From Tubiluchus corallicola (Eukaryota > Animalia > Priapulida), in contig JAQGDQ010000375.1 in the NCBI GenBank assembly GCA_030141605.1, positions 124,001 to 188,000 on the forward strand: 64,000 nucleotides of DNA, read 5' to 3'. Numbering within the stretch: the stretch's first letter is position 1; the number at the start of each line of letters is the position of its first letter. The notes under the pieces are model-generated. The model worked only from the letters and a program-made list of their open reading frames with translations. It was not told where the DNA came from and searched no databases. A program made the translations under genes and the position numbers. This document shows, piece by piece, positions 1 to 64,000 of this stretch.

Positions 1-244
1 ACCATCTCTCAAATGTCCGTACAAGGTTGCAACAACATCACAATGCTGTCAACAACATCACATTGATTAATAGTTGGGTGCACTCATTAACAATGGTAAT
101 CAACTATCGCAATAATAGTAAGCACTTCGTAAAAACATGACATGATGATGAGTAGCGCAATAGCTGCAAGCCTACAACTCGCAAAATTACTGCAGCTAAC
201 TGGACGTGCAGAAAAATACCACACAATTTCACTCTAAAATGAAC

Positions 245-340
245 TTTTTTGCTGCATAGGATATCGAGAAAAAGTCGGAAATTTTCTGATTTCCCGACAG
301 CAATCCTGTGCATCATTTTCCTTGCGTCCTGACAGTGAAA
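245..340. repeat. Dispersed palindromic repeat, copy 1
   Basis: tgctgcataggatatcgagaaaaagtcggaaattttctgatttcccgacagcaatcctgtgcatcattttccttgcgtc recurs at about 11858-11958. Confidence 0.7.
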
Positions 341-919
341 GAATTTTATATTTCTCAGCAATATTGCATGATGTAAATAAAATGAATAAAAACTGTGTCA
401 TTTTTCCTGGAGTTCAGCTTATAACAATTGGTTTAACATTGCAATGCCTTTCTAATTAACGACGAAACTTGGCACTCATGGTAATATTTAATAATACTAA
501 TAATATAGTATCATGAGTGCCAAAATTCGATGCTAATGTTGCCACAAACATTTAACTGCATCACTCAGTGGGGATAATTCTACTGCATTATTAGTAGAAT
601 TACAATGGCATTACAGCTACATTTACGAAATCTCAATTCCTGTAACTTTATGCAAAAAGCGGTGGTCGTTGCAAGACCACTATAATAAATAGTTGCCATT
701 TTACTTCTTAAAAAACAAATACTGTATAAATATAACCAAAGACGTTCATAAAATGTTCGATTTATAGCAGCCAAGTATTACTGATTTCTCTGGAAAACAT
801 TAACATCATTAAGTGAGGATTTACTGTACAATTTGAAAATAGTATCTATTATTTTCTAATGCTGGTAGTAGCTTTTTAACTGAAATGCATTCGTGCATTA
901 CCTGAATAAAAATAATTAC

Positions 920-30346
<29,427 letters not shown>

Positions 30347-31232
30347 TTTACAAAAAAATTTCGAAGATACACGTAATTTTTTACAGGCGAAATGTTCATG
30401 GAACGCACGCAAGCAACCGAAAACACTGCGCTCTACGGCGTGTAGTAAGGCTGCCTTGGTTATGTCTAGTAAGCGCGCGCGCGCCGCTACGGTCCGCCCA
30501 GACCCCATCCACTAGCTTCGTTTACATGAGCAAATTTGGGTCTAAGTGAGACTCCTGTAATTAAAAAGATTCCCACCCAGTAACAACTGTATGGTAGTAG
30601 GGAACTTTTAGGTAGAATATTGCGCGTTTAAACGCACAGTCAACATGATTACTGTTGTTTACACGATGACTACTGTTTACATGTACATAAAATGCGTATG
30701 TAAAATATGTATAGTTTTAAGTTGAATTTCATATTTTGCGTTTTATATGTTTATTTATGTTTTGTATTTTTTAGTCCTGGATGAAAGGAGGATGGCTCAT
30801 TCTAGCTAGCGAGTTTAAATAATGATCTTATCTTGGGTTATCTTTATAAGTTCATTTATTTTAATGTGCTTGCTCATAGGGTAAAATTCTAAACAAAACA
30901 TCAGTCAAAAATAACAAGCTATACCCTTACAAGGTTTTTACACAAGAATACTGTCATACTCAATAATATTTCGAATATTTGTAATATAATTTCCTTGTTT
31001 TTAATATACTTGGTGAGTGGCGACACTATAAACAAGTTTTACAACATAATTATTTCTATGCAAAAATTACTAGGCACATAATAACATATATGTAAATCTT
31101 TGTTTCAAGTTTAATTTTTGTTGCTATAAACTGACCTACTGTGCCTAATCTCGCTACTTTAATTTTCATTTTTTTTTAATTTGATGTACAAATTTGTGTT
31201 TGAGTTTATACTGGATTTTAGTCTCTGTGCAC

Positions 31233-32317
31233 CAAGCTGGCAGCACGGTACGGTGCGAAAAAAATATCGTACTTCGTACCTCTAAAAATACCGTACTGTA
31301 ATTCTGTACTGTACCTACAAAATCGAATCGTACCGTACTAGTACGATAAAATAAGGTGCTGTAATTTCGTACCAAGTTCATGCAGGTCAAACAAATACAA
31401 CTACTTGTATTTTTTCTTATAAAAATGTAAATTTATTGTTTTAAATAACGTGCTCACAAGTGACGATCTTTTAATGCTAATTCAAATTTAACGTGCCTTA
31501 CTTAAAACGCCTGTACCATATGCTGATCGTAATACCACTCTAACGCTAGAAATTATATTCAGCTCTTATAGAAAACCGTAGTACACCCTTCAGTATCAAG
31601 TAACAATCTGTCTGAATCTAGTATAACTTGCTGTAAGCTGAATAACTTTACTTGCAGGTAACACTTTTGCCTATACAAAACAATTGTAGCTGCTATAGTC
31701 ATTAAATGCTTAGTTAATGGGTTAATGTCGGTACATCCCGAACTTCTTTTGTCGGCAAAGCAATCGCTTATCTCAAGTGATATGCAATGATTAAATCGTT
31801 ACTGTTTTGCACAGATCGGCAAAGTTTTAATCATTCCTTATTAACGTCATACATTTTGAAATGTTCTTGCTTCAACAGAATCTGCATAGTTTGTGGTGAT
31901 GTGCAGTCAATTACTACACAATAGCTAGAAATAGCAGTTAAAACAATGACATTGCATGAATTGGCGTCAAGCGTGGGAAGCAATGTGTAACAAATATAAA
32001 CGTAATTTACGGGCAATGACAACTCCAGCTTCTAAATAACTTGTTGCTTTGTAGTTTGGGGCCAATTTAGAGGTTTTGTTAGCGTGTGCTCTGTATTGAT
32101 TAGGGGAGAACAGTAAGTCCCCGACAGGAGCAAAATAAGTCGTCACAATGAGTTGCTGACCAATAGAAACGTTACAAGAAACTAGGGATAAATGGTACGG
32201 AAAAGGTACTAAAACGGTACGAAAAATACCGTAATTTCGTACCATGCCGGTAATTTCGTACCATGCCGTACTTTTAAATATTTTTTCGTACCGTAGCGCA
32301 CCGTACTGCCAGCCTTG
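31233..32317. mobile_element. hAT-like non-autonomous element
   Basis: Inverted ends caagctggcagcacggtacg and caaggctggcagtacggtgcg (reverse complement). Clustered (c)gtac(c) subterminal motifs. Degenerate 8-bp flanks ctgtgcac / ctgtacgc. Confidence 0.7.
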
Positions 32318-32830
32318 CTGTACGCTTGCACCTAAATCTGTGTTATTTCATCAAAAGACAGTTATTCTACATATATTTAACGTCATAAAATTGGCAAATT
32401 ATCAGCTGGCCCCACCTATTGGCAAAGTTGATACTTTATAGAGTAGAATTAGGTGGCAAAGCAGTTTGGTTCGCACACGTGAAATATCAGAGAGTTATAA
32501 CTTAGATACTGGAATAAAGTAGAATTTACTAAAACAGTCAAAAGTATATGTATAAATCTCTTTGAATCTATTTTGCAATTGTACACATCACAAAGAAATG
32601 CAAATCAATACAAACAAATAAAACTTATCTCAAAACAGATATTTTAAGGGTAGGCAATCTTAAAGCACTTATACTAATAGTTCAAGTGAAATATTTGAGA
32701 GTAATATTAAAAAATGTTAAAGCAGGGCCAATTTCTTACTGCTTACACGCTGTATGGATGTAAGTATCCCGCTTATAAAAAACGTTTATCCCCTTGTCTG
32801 ATTTACTCTTAAATTACTATTCAAGATTTA

Positions 32831-33062
32831 CGGCGCTTTTAGACTCGATAGCTTTTTTCGCGAGTTCTCTCTGATAGTTCTTTCTGAGCGAATTCTTTCA
32901 CAAGTTTTGCTGAGGGTCGGCTCGCGCTTGTCAGAGGGAACTCTCAGCAACTCTCAGAGAGTTTGCAAACATTTGCCGAGAGAACTCGCAAAGCCGTTCA
33001 CACTTACGAGTTTACTCTCAGAGATAACGCTCAAGAGAAAACTTTCTAGTCTGAACGCGCCT
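32831..33062. mobile_element. PIF/Harbinger (Tourist)-like MITE
   Basis: tta|cggcgcttttagactcgatagc ... tttctagtctgaacgcgcct|tta; 3-bp TTA flanks; internal ctctcag/ctgagag repeats. Confidence 0.7.
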
Positions 33063-33860
33063 TTAATACATACTAGTTAGATATAAACAATGGTTCAGGT
33101 TTTTCAGATTCTCATTGACATTATATACAATATGCACTGCAAGAGTAATATCAATTAACCTTTTTATTCACGCCAGTCAATGCATTGAGTTGCTTGTACA
33201 AACTCAGACTTGCTGAAACTGTAGTGTAAATATCGAGTCTAAACACTTTAATGCTTTCCATTCTGGCCAGTTTTCGTTTCTCATTATTGCAAAAGCTGGT
33301 AATGGTTCATAACAAATAGATAGCTAAGATAATATAATACATGTTGATATTGATTTCATAAACCATTCATTTTCTTTACTCTATCTTCTTGCGCAGATGC
33401 ACGAATCTATTATATAGTCCTAAATGCGTGTGTGAAACTAAACAATATTAGTTAGTTTGCAGGTCTTATGGAACATTGCTGCAACACATCATGGTTGCAA
33501 ATTTTAAAGAAGTTAGTTAGCTTACTTTGTGTTTCGGACATTACAATTACGTCAGAAGGATTTTGTTTAGTAACATAACAAAAGTTTTGACATTACTAAT
33601 GTGATTCGCTCCATGAAGGTTTATTAGGAGCAAAGATGTTTCTTCCTTATCTGCCACGGTAGGTTCCTGATTCTAACAAATCAAACTGCGTATAATTACA
33701 TCTAATTCATTGAAGACAAGTGAAAGTTAAACCAACAGCTCGTGATATAGATGACTACAGCTTGAAGAACGAATGCACAGATGAAAAATTCTGAAAACAT
33801 GAAAATTTTACAAAACTAATTTGCTAATATGTTAATTAATTAACGAGTCATTAGAAAAAC

Positions 33861-36048
33861 ATGCCATGCGGAAAGCAGATAAAACCGTTAGAAACGTCTA
33901 GAAGCTCGTCACCGTACATGATAGAGGTACATGGATCAAGCAATGGCGGGAAAAAGTCAGATCTTTCCTGTGATGAAAACGAAGATATTGACGGTGCTGA
34001 CCCTGGCTGCGAGAAATATACACCGTTTTCACTAATGCACGAAATTTCACCGCTTGCTTTCGTCATGAAGATTTGTGGGATATTTCCTTTTGCATTACCT
34101 GGTTGTTCCTTATTCCACTTATGGCACTCAGTTATGCTTACTCCCATTATTTTTGCAGCTTTTGTTGGCCAGTGCTTAATTGGAATCCGTCAACCACTAG
34201 ACGCAGTATCGTTTGCTAATTACTCTACAGAAATCGTGTTTTGGGTTGAAGCTTTGTTCATGCTCATCGTGCAAATATCACTAAGACAAAGGTTTGTCAC
34301 ATTCCTTGACCATTTCAACCAATTTATCAAAGCGTCGTCAACAAAAGAGTACAGAGGAATCATGAAGTTTGTGAGGAGAGTGAATGTTTGGTTGCTCATA
34401 TTTCTATCTGTCAACCTCGTTGGTGCCATATTCGTTATTACATTATTTTCTCTCAGTGGATACAAAATGGAAGAAATACCCTTAGCAGCTTTCAGTCCAC
34501 GTCTAACTGCCTGGAACTCACCATGGAAGGACATCTTCATCATTTTGTTCTACGTCTTTGCAATGAACTGTTATCTCCTCATTGACCTGCCACAGATTTT
34601 GATCATTGCTATTTCTTTCTTTCTAGCATCAGAAATGGAACATTTAAATAAGCAGCTTGAAAATTTGGTTAATAGCAACAGGATAGATGAAAGTACAGAT
34701 TCAATGGTTAAACAATCTATTTGTTGGTCACTGCAAGAAAAAATACCATACATGAGAAAGCGTCATCAAGCGTTATGTAAAGTTATTGGCGAAGTCGACT
34801 CCATGTTCTCGAGTATTACTTTAGTGAAGTACATGGCTGATTGCTTTTTCTTCTTGACCGCTGTCTATTTAGCAATATATTACGGAATTGGTACATCAGA
34901 TGCCTATATAGTGGACATGTTGGAAACAACACTCTATTTCATTCTGTACTCTTATGCATTGTCCAATCTGAACGCAAAGGTAAATGGAATAGTTATTATA
35001 ATTATCGTGTTGTTACTATTGTTATTGTTGTTTTGTTGTTGTTGTTGTTGTTGTTGTTGTTTGAGATGAAATGACGCACTAAATGACAAGGTCGCCTACC
35101 TAAGTAGTTGGTTGAGGCATGACTGGAACTCTCTTATTATCAAGAACAATCCTCTAGGATGACACACTAAACTGGCTAATTAGTCTTAGCCACGTCTAGA
35201 TACATACGTGATCCTCCTACGACGCTTGTAAAAAGTACCTACTCTTCGCATACATTGTTTGTGAGCGTATTTTAATTTTAAGATTTATTGAGAATTTTGA
35301 GATAATTTTTGTATTTTTGCAGGCGCATGGGGGTTGGTCGTCTGTGCATGACTTGGACATTAGTTCTCTGTCGTATAAAACATCTATGGAGGTTAGTGAT
35401 TCATAGCTGATTCTAGGCGGTTTGGCATGTAGCCTAATGTGGTCATGTTGTATAGTGTGAAAACGTTTTGGTATTTCCATAAATTAATTCTTTTATTTTT
35501 AAGGTAAATTCTAGTTGTTTTTATTTTAGCTGTTGATGTTTAGCAATCGACTGTCCGGACCACCTATTGGATTAACAGCTTGGAACTTTTTCGTTGTCGA
35601 CAGATCTAAATTACTGACGGTAATCTTATACGTTGTTTGTAGGTAATTCAGTTGTCGGCTGTGTCACTTTTGCCCAGATGAGCAGTCTAGTAAAATGTGG
35701 GTCCTAATTTATTAAGATGTCAGCAATAATTTCAAAAAAGTAGAAAAAAATAGTCAGTGGCATTTGATCCCACAAAACATAATTTTGTTTCACATTGTAA
35801 TACCACGAACGAAAGTTGATCTCATTATGACATTACGTTTTAGATTAGTATAATGCTGCTCAATAAGACTAATCATCTTGTTTTCTTTTTAGATTGTCAG
35901 CGCTATCATAACGTACTTTCTCGTTCTACTACAACTGGTGCCATCTATAAGCGACCATACGCACTATGCCAGTCTCATGGATAATGATGAAAGGAACTTG
36001 TCAGTCTTCATCGAGAGTATCATCACAAACATATCCAGCAGGTGCTAA
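33861..36048 (+). CDS. Gustatory receptor-like (GRL, 7-transmembrane ion channel superfamily) protein, about 477 aa, 4 exons
   Basis: Exons 33861-34979, 35323-35391, 35530-35619, 35893-36048, joined by three phase-0 introns near the 3' end. Multiple hydrophobic helices. Family-typical motifs RKRHQALCKVIGEVDSMFS, GLTAWNFFVVDRSKLLT and the TM7 motif IITYFLVLLQL. Confidence 0.88.
35022..35062. repeat. (TTG)n microsatellite in GRL intron 1
   Basis: Read directly; it produces the spurious poly-Leu/Cys tail of the 402-aa ORF. Confidence 0.9.
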
Positions 36049-37631
36049 AATAGTATTAAAAGTAGTACGGTTGATAAAAGTTGTGCAATTTTGTTTTACC
36101 CAAGCTAAGAAAACTTTCTTTATTTGTTTCTCAAATGAAACCAATCGATCAACCGCTCCGCCGGCCAAAAACAGGCAGTACAGAAACTTAGAAACAAAAG
36201 CGGCTACGTGTCACTTAGGTACTGGACATTTGAGCACCAATAAAAATTGATGTTGTGCTTGATTTTTTTATTTTTGTTTATTAAATTTTTAATGACCCAC
36301 TATTTTCCCAACTCTCACTATATTTTTTAAATCGCATCACTAAATTTTATATACGCAGGGATGCAAAAATTAAAGTCAGTCGCTTGTATTTAGAGCAATA
36401 AATTGCTCTGTTTTTGTACGAACACAGTTAAATAGAAACAAGAAACATTTTAAAAGTCAAAAGTAAACAGATGAAAAACAAATTTTTTCAAAAGTTTACA
36501 ACTAGCTCAGAATGTAGTGGCTAGTGGCTCAGAACACTTTGCGTTTAGGACGCTTAAAATTTGCTTTACTATGAAAACACACAAGTAAGTAGAGCAGTTG
36601 ATAATCATTTCTGTTAGGCTTGAATTAGCTTTCTCTTCAGTTTGGAATGACTAATATGTTTTCAGTATAACATATACTGTCACAAAATCGCATCTCATAT
36701 AAATCATCTCAGTACAATAGTCTGAAAATCATCACTAACACCACCAAACATAATGTCGCAAAAAAACTACATCAGTCAAAAACTGATTTAACTACAGCTG
36801 ACGTCTTATTTTGTGACTTTTCCCCCTAGTACATTCAGTGTTCGTGTACGTCACAAGATCTGATTATATTATATACTCCGTCGTTTTCTTGAGCTAATAT
36901 TTGCAAATTCCACGGACGCTGATAATAGCTTCCACATTTTGCGTTTATAAATGTTATTTTTACAAGCATTGAATGAGAGAATCGAGCAGTTTGCCACTAT
37001 GCCCAGTGCCATTTTAATTGACTTACGTGTGCAGATCAGGAGCTTAAGTAACATAATTACTTATAATTTAAGTGTGCGATTTGACTAACAAAAAGTTGAA
37101 AATGTTGGTATTATTTAGCAAACATTTTCTGTATTAAAATTTCAGTAATCTATGCAGGCATGCTGTTTTTCTACATTATTGTAAAATAGCAGTTGTAGCT
37201 TTTGACCCAAGTTTTAAAAATCTACCACATTACTTTGTGTCGTAGCGTTACTAATATATTATACTAGTATAGTTTCTAGTTTTATCAATAATATCATTAT
37301 TGCGTGCATTTCTTCAAATTCCCTGTACATTGAACAAAAACCAATCTCAATGGTTGTTAAGCTTATTAGTGTCTGTATACTGTAAAAATAAACAGCTTTA
37401 TTCTAGAAAATCATTTATTGTTAAGTTGGTATTAAAATACCGCTTATAAAAATTGGGTGTTTATTTGCTTTTGCAACTAAAATCGTTTCAAATTATCCGC
37501 ACGGTATCTCTAAAAATAATTAACATTATCATTTTATTCAGCTAAATGTCACTGTAACTGCTTAGAGTCACGTTATTTTTAGCGAACTTCACTGAGACGG
37601 CAAGTAATGAGTTTATTAAAACACACGGCAG

Positions 37632-38279
37632 CTAGTTTCCTTGCTCAATTGGTATGCGATGTTCTTTTGGAGCTGGAAGAGCCAAAGGTGCTTGTACTGT
37701 TAGTATACCATCTGTAGATAGTGCAGAACTCACACTCTCTGGATCAACTCCCTTTGGAAGAACAAACTCTCGTTTAAACTCTCTGTACAGTTGTTTATTT
37801 GCTGATTTTTCTTCATGTTTAGCTTGCACAAGAAGTTTATTATCAACAGTTTTTACCTCCATTTCTTCTGGTAAATAATCATGCACGTCGAACCTCAACT
37901 TTAGCTGCTTGTCTCCTGTTGGACTGTGGTCAATCAGAGGACTTGTTGGATGTTGTTGGAACCAATCCCCACTGTCAATGGCTGTGGATGGAGCGAGCGA
38001 CTCAAAAGCTGACCCTCGGTCAAAATCTGTAGACGCAACCTGCGACGTTGTAGACCTGATAGATGTTGTAGTTCGAGACTGCGTAATTTTCGATGAGTCG
38101 CCCGTAAATTCGGATCTCATTCTTTGCATTTCTTCGTCAGCAGCCTTAATTGCTTCAATCATTCTATCAGGCTTGTTGTCATATTCACGATCTAGCAGAC
38201 TGAAGTCTAACTTCATTAGAGGTACAACTTTTATACGTTTTTCTGTTTTGTAAGTTACTTTCTGCTGCGGTTGAGACAT
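37632..38279 (-). CDS. Small heat-shock protein (alpha-crystallin domain), HSP21.4/CG14207-like, intronless, 215 aa
   Basis: LKLRFDVHDYLPEEMEVKTVDNKLLVQAKHEEKS...REFVLPKGVDPESVSSALSTDGILTVQAP, with a C-terminal IPI motif. The N-terminal DFSLLDRE...DEEMQRMRSEF and SPLID segments resemble the insect HSP21.4 group. Confidence 0.95.
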   Translation of the reverse strand: MSQPQQKVTYKTEKRIKVVPLMKLDFSLLDREYDNKPDRMIEAIKAADEEMQRMRSEFTGDSSKITQSRTTTSIRSTTSQVASTDFDRGSAFESLAPSTAIDSGDWFQQHPTSPLIDHSPTGDKQLKLRFDVHDYLPEEMEVKTVDNKLLVQAKHEEKSANKQLYREFKREFVLPKGVDPESVSSALSTDGILTVQAPLALPAPKEHRIPIEQGN

Positions 38280-38432
38280 TTTGCACGAGTTACACAGAAA
38301 ATTTGTCTCTTGAAGCTAGAGAAGCCACGTTTAAACTCTGTAATTCCCTGTAGACAGCTGGGCGAAGCTAGATCAAGGATGGGAAGCCGGGGCTCAGTGT
38401 GTTTTCTTTACGAAAACCAGAGAAGGGTGAAT

Positions 38433-38442
38433 TTATTTATAG
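38433..38442 (-). promoter_or_regulatory. Putative TATA box overlapping a MEF2-consensus site upstream of the sHSP
   Basis: The minus strand reads CTATAAATAA about 155 bp upstream of the ATG, matching both TATAAA and CTA(A/T)4TAR. Confidence 0.5.
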
Positions 38443-38808
38443 AAGACTGGATATTACTGACTGTGCACTAACACGTGGAGTCTGTCAGTTCATTTCATGC
38501 GTCTTGAGATTGTGGCTAGCTCCTGAAGATGACTTTTCTTAGTTTTTTGTCTTATAAGATTATGTCGTCAAAATGCCTATATTTGTTTCTTAAACTCCAG
38601 TATTATGTCAAAGACACGAGAATTTTATACTATTACCGATACTAACACTAAACATCACTCGCTGCAGTTAGGCAGTTGGTTTGTTAATACACATATTAAC
38701 TTTGTGTATGGTCTACTGCAGCCGTTACTTTCTATGTGCAGCAAATTAGAAGTTGAAGATGAAACCAGCTGCTTCACTTCATTGGGGTTTAAGAAACAAA
38801 TACACAAG

Positions 38809-38834
38809 CGCGCACGCACGCGCACACGCACACG

Positions 38835-38868
<34 letters not shown>
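38809..38868. repeat. (CG/CA)n microsatellite
   Basis: gcgcgcacgcacg...cacacaca. Confidence 0.92.
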
Positions 38869-38873
<5 letters not shown>

Positions 38874-39051
38874 GTGTACGCGAGCCCAATCAAACACAGT
38901 TAAGGTGCAAAATTAAGACTATTGCAGAACCGTGAGGAGCAGTAGCGTTGATTTGATATAAGAAAGACCATCCTTCTTACTATCTGTTTGGTCACTCCAC
39001 ATGCAACTTGAATTTGTGTGCCACGTGACACTCCAAGTACACCTCTATGTC

Positions 39052-39698
39052 GTGTAGAGTAGACTTCCGTGTTGTATGATTGAAGTCTGTGGAGTAGACT
39101 TCTGTGTTGTATGATTAATGTTTGTGGAGTAGATTTCTGCGTTGTATGATTAAAGTTTGTGGAGTAGACTTCTGCGTTGTATGACTAAAGTTTGTGGAGT
39201 ATACTTCCGTGTTGTATGATTAAAGTTTGTGGAGTAAACGTCTGCGTTGTATGATTAAAGTTTGTGGAGTAGACTTCCATGTTGTATGATTGTAGTCTGT
39301 GGAGTAAACTTCCGTGCTGTATGATTAAAGTTTGTGGAGTAGACTTCTGTGTTGTATGATTAAAGTTTGTGGCGTATACTTCCGAGTTGTATGATTGTAG
39401 TCTGTGGAGTAAACTTCTGTGTTGTATGATTAAAGTTTGTGGAGTAGACTTCTGTGTTATATGATTAAAGTTTGTGGAGTAAACTTCCGTGTTGTATGAT
39501 TAAAGTTTGTGGAGTAGACTTCCGTGTTGTATGATTAAAGTTTGTGGAGTAGACTTCTGTGTTATACGATTGTAGTCTGTGGAGTAAACTTCCGTGTTGT
39601 ATGATTAAAGTTTGTGGAGTAGACTTCTGTATTGTATAATTGAAGTTTGTGGAGTAAATTTCTGTGTTGTATGATTAAAGTTTGTGGAGTACACCTCT
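39052..39698 (+). repeat. 35-bp minisatellite, about 18 copies
   Basis: Unit gtggagtagacttcYgtgttgtatgattaaagttt; the ggagt core recurs every 35 bp from 39091 to 39686 with no indels. Confidence 0.95.
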
Positions 39699-40389
39699 GT
39701 ACCAGACTTTAAAGCTTGCCGTAAAGTCCAGCACAGACTTAGTCTATTACATCATCATGTTTCAACAATCTCAGATTGCAAGTTGTTTATGAAGGATGTC
39801 CAAACATGTTCTTCAAGGTTGCGTAGTAGTCCCTACAAGATCGTAGAATTTTGCTTTAGTGAGCACAGGAACTGCCTGCTGCTAAAACAATTAATCACAG
39901 AGATGAGACTTAGAAGAATATGTTTTCCGGTTAATGATACAATAAAGAAAGAACGACCAGTGACATCTTCTGGCGGCAGCTGCTGTTTTTGTTAGGTGTG
40001 TATTTTATACAAGTCACGTGAGCTGCGTGGATCGTCGTTTGTTGATGTATGGGACTATGGAATCAGCAGAGCGCAAACCTCCATTTAACTACTAACGCCG
40101 GCACAATGAATGTATATTGTGCCTTTCCTCAGTTGCTACTGCCGCCTGAATTCAGTTTGGTTGATATAAAATTAAATTAACTTTGTTAAGTTAACTAGTA
40201 GGCCATTTTTGACATGTAAAAACTCGTGATTTTGAAGAGAAAAGCGCAAGAATATCAAGTTGTGTCAGCACGCAAAACAGTTTAATTTTCTTGATATCCG
40301 TCATGTTGAGGTCAGTCTTGAGACGTAGATCCTGATTATTGACGGTTCGTTATTTTTTCTGCTAATGTAAATTTGTTGCGGAAACAAAG

Positions 40390-64000
<23,611 letters not shown>

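Noticed and set aside
30347-30508. 54-aa N-terminal extension of ACE from an upstream in-frame ATG
   Set aside because: It would bury the signal peptide and has no ACE similarity; probably promoter or UTR.
34980-35069. Poly-Leu/poly-Cys C-terminus of the 402-aa ORF
   Set aside because: It is read-through past the AAG|gtaaat donor into a (TTG)n repeat; the real TM7 is in downstream exons.
37654-38253. Plus-strand ORFs opposite the sHSP, and ORFs overlapping the GRL and SH3 exons
   Set aside because: They are shadow frames of real coding sequence.
39052-39698. 35-bp repeats with dyad symmetry as a CRISPR array
   Set aside because: Units are contiguous with no unique spacers, there are no cas genes, and the context is eukaryotic.

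Overview
AT-rich, intron- and repeat-rich genomic DNA from an invertebrate animal, not a prokaryote. The exact phylum cannot be determined from this window. I built gene models by hand from splice sites and reading-frame phase. (1) A two-domain angiotensin-converting enzyme (ACE, peptidase M2) gene on the minus strand: 20 exons are visible from 30346 down to 920, both domains carry HEMGH/EAIGD, and the gene runs off the left edge. (2) A 4-exon gustatory-receptor-like (GRL) gene on the plus strand, 33861-36048. (3) An intronless small heat-shock protein of the insect HSP21.4/CG14207 type on the minus strand, 37632-38279. (4) A Dlish/Vamana-like SH3 adaptor gene on the plus strand, from about 40390 past the right edge; its SH3 exon is missing from the ORF track. 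(5) A candidate unannotated antisense gene nested inside the SH3 gene. Introns and intergenic DNA hold decayed LINEs, several MITEs with terminal inverted repeats, tRNA-derived SINE fragments, a 35-bp minisatellite, a 307-bp tandem duplication, a 141-bp repeat with an inverted copy, and long microsatellites. There is no CRISPR array and no intact RNA gene. I found no clear new multi-gene system. The best leads are the ACE domain and intron evolution, the non-canonical junction between its domains, the GRL, and the nested antisense gene.
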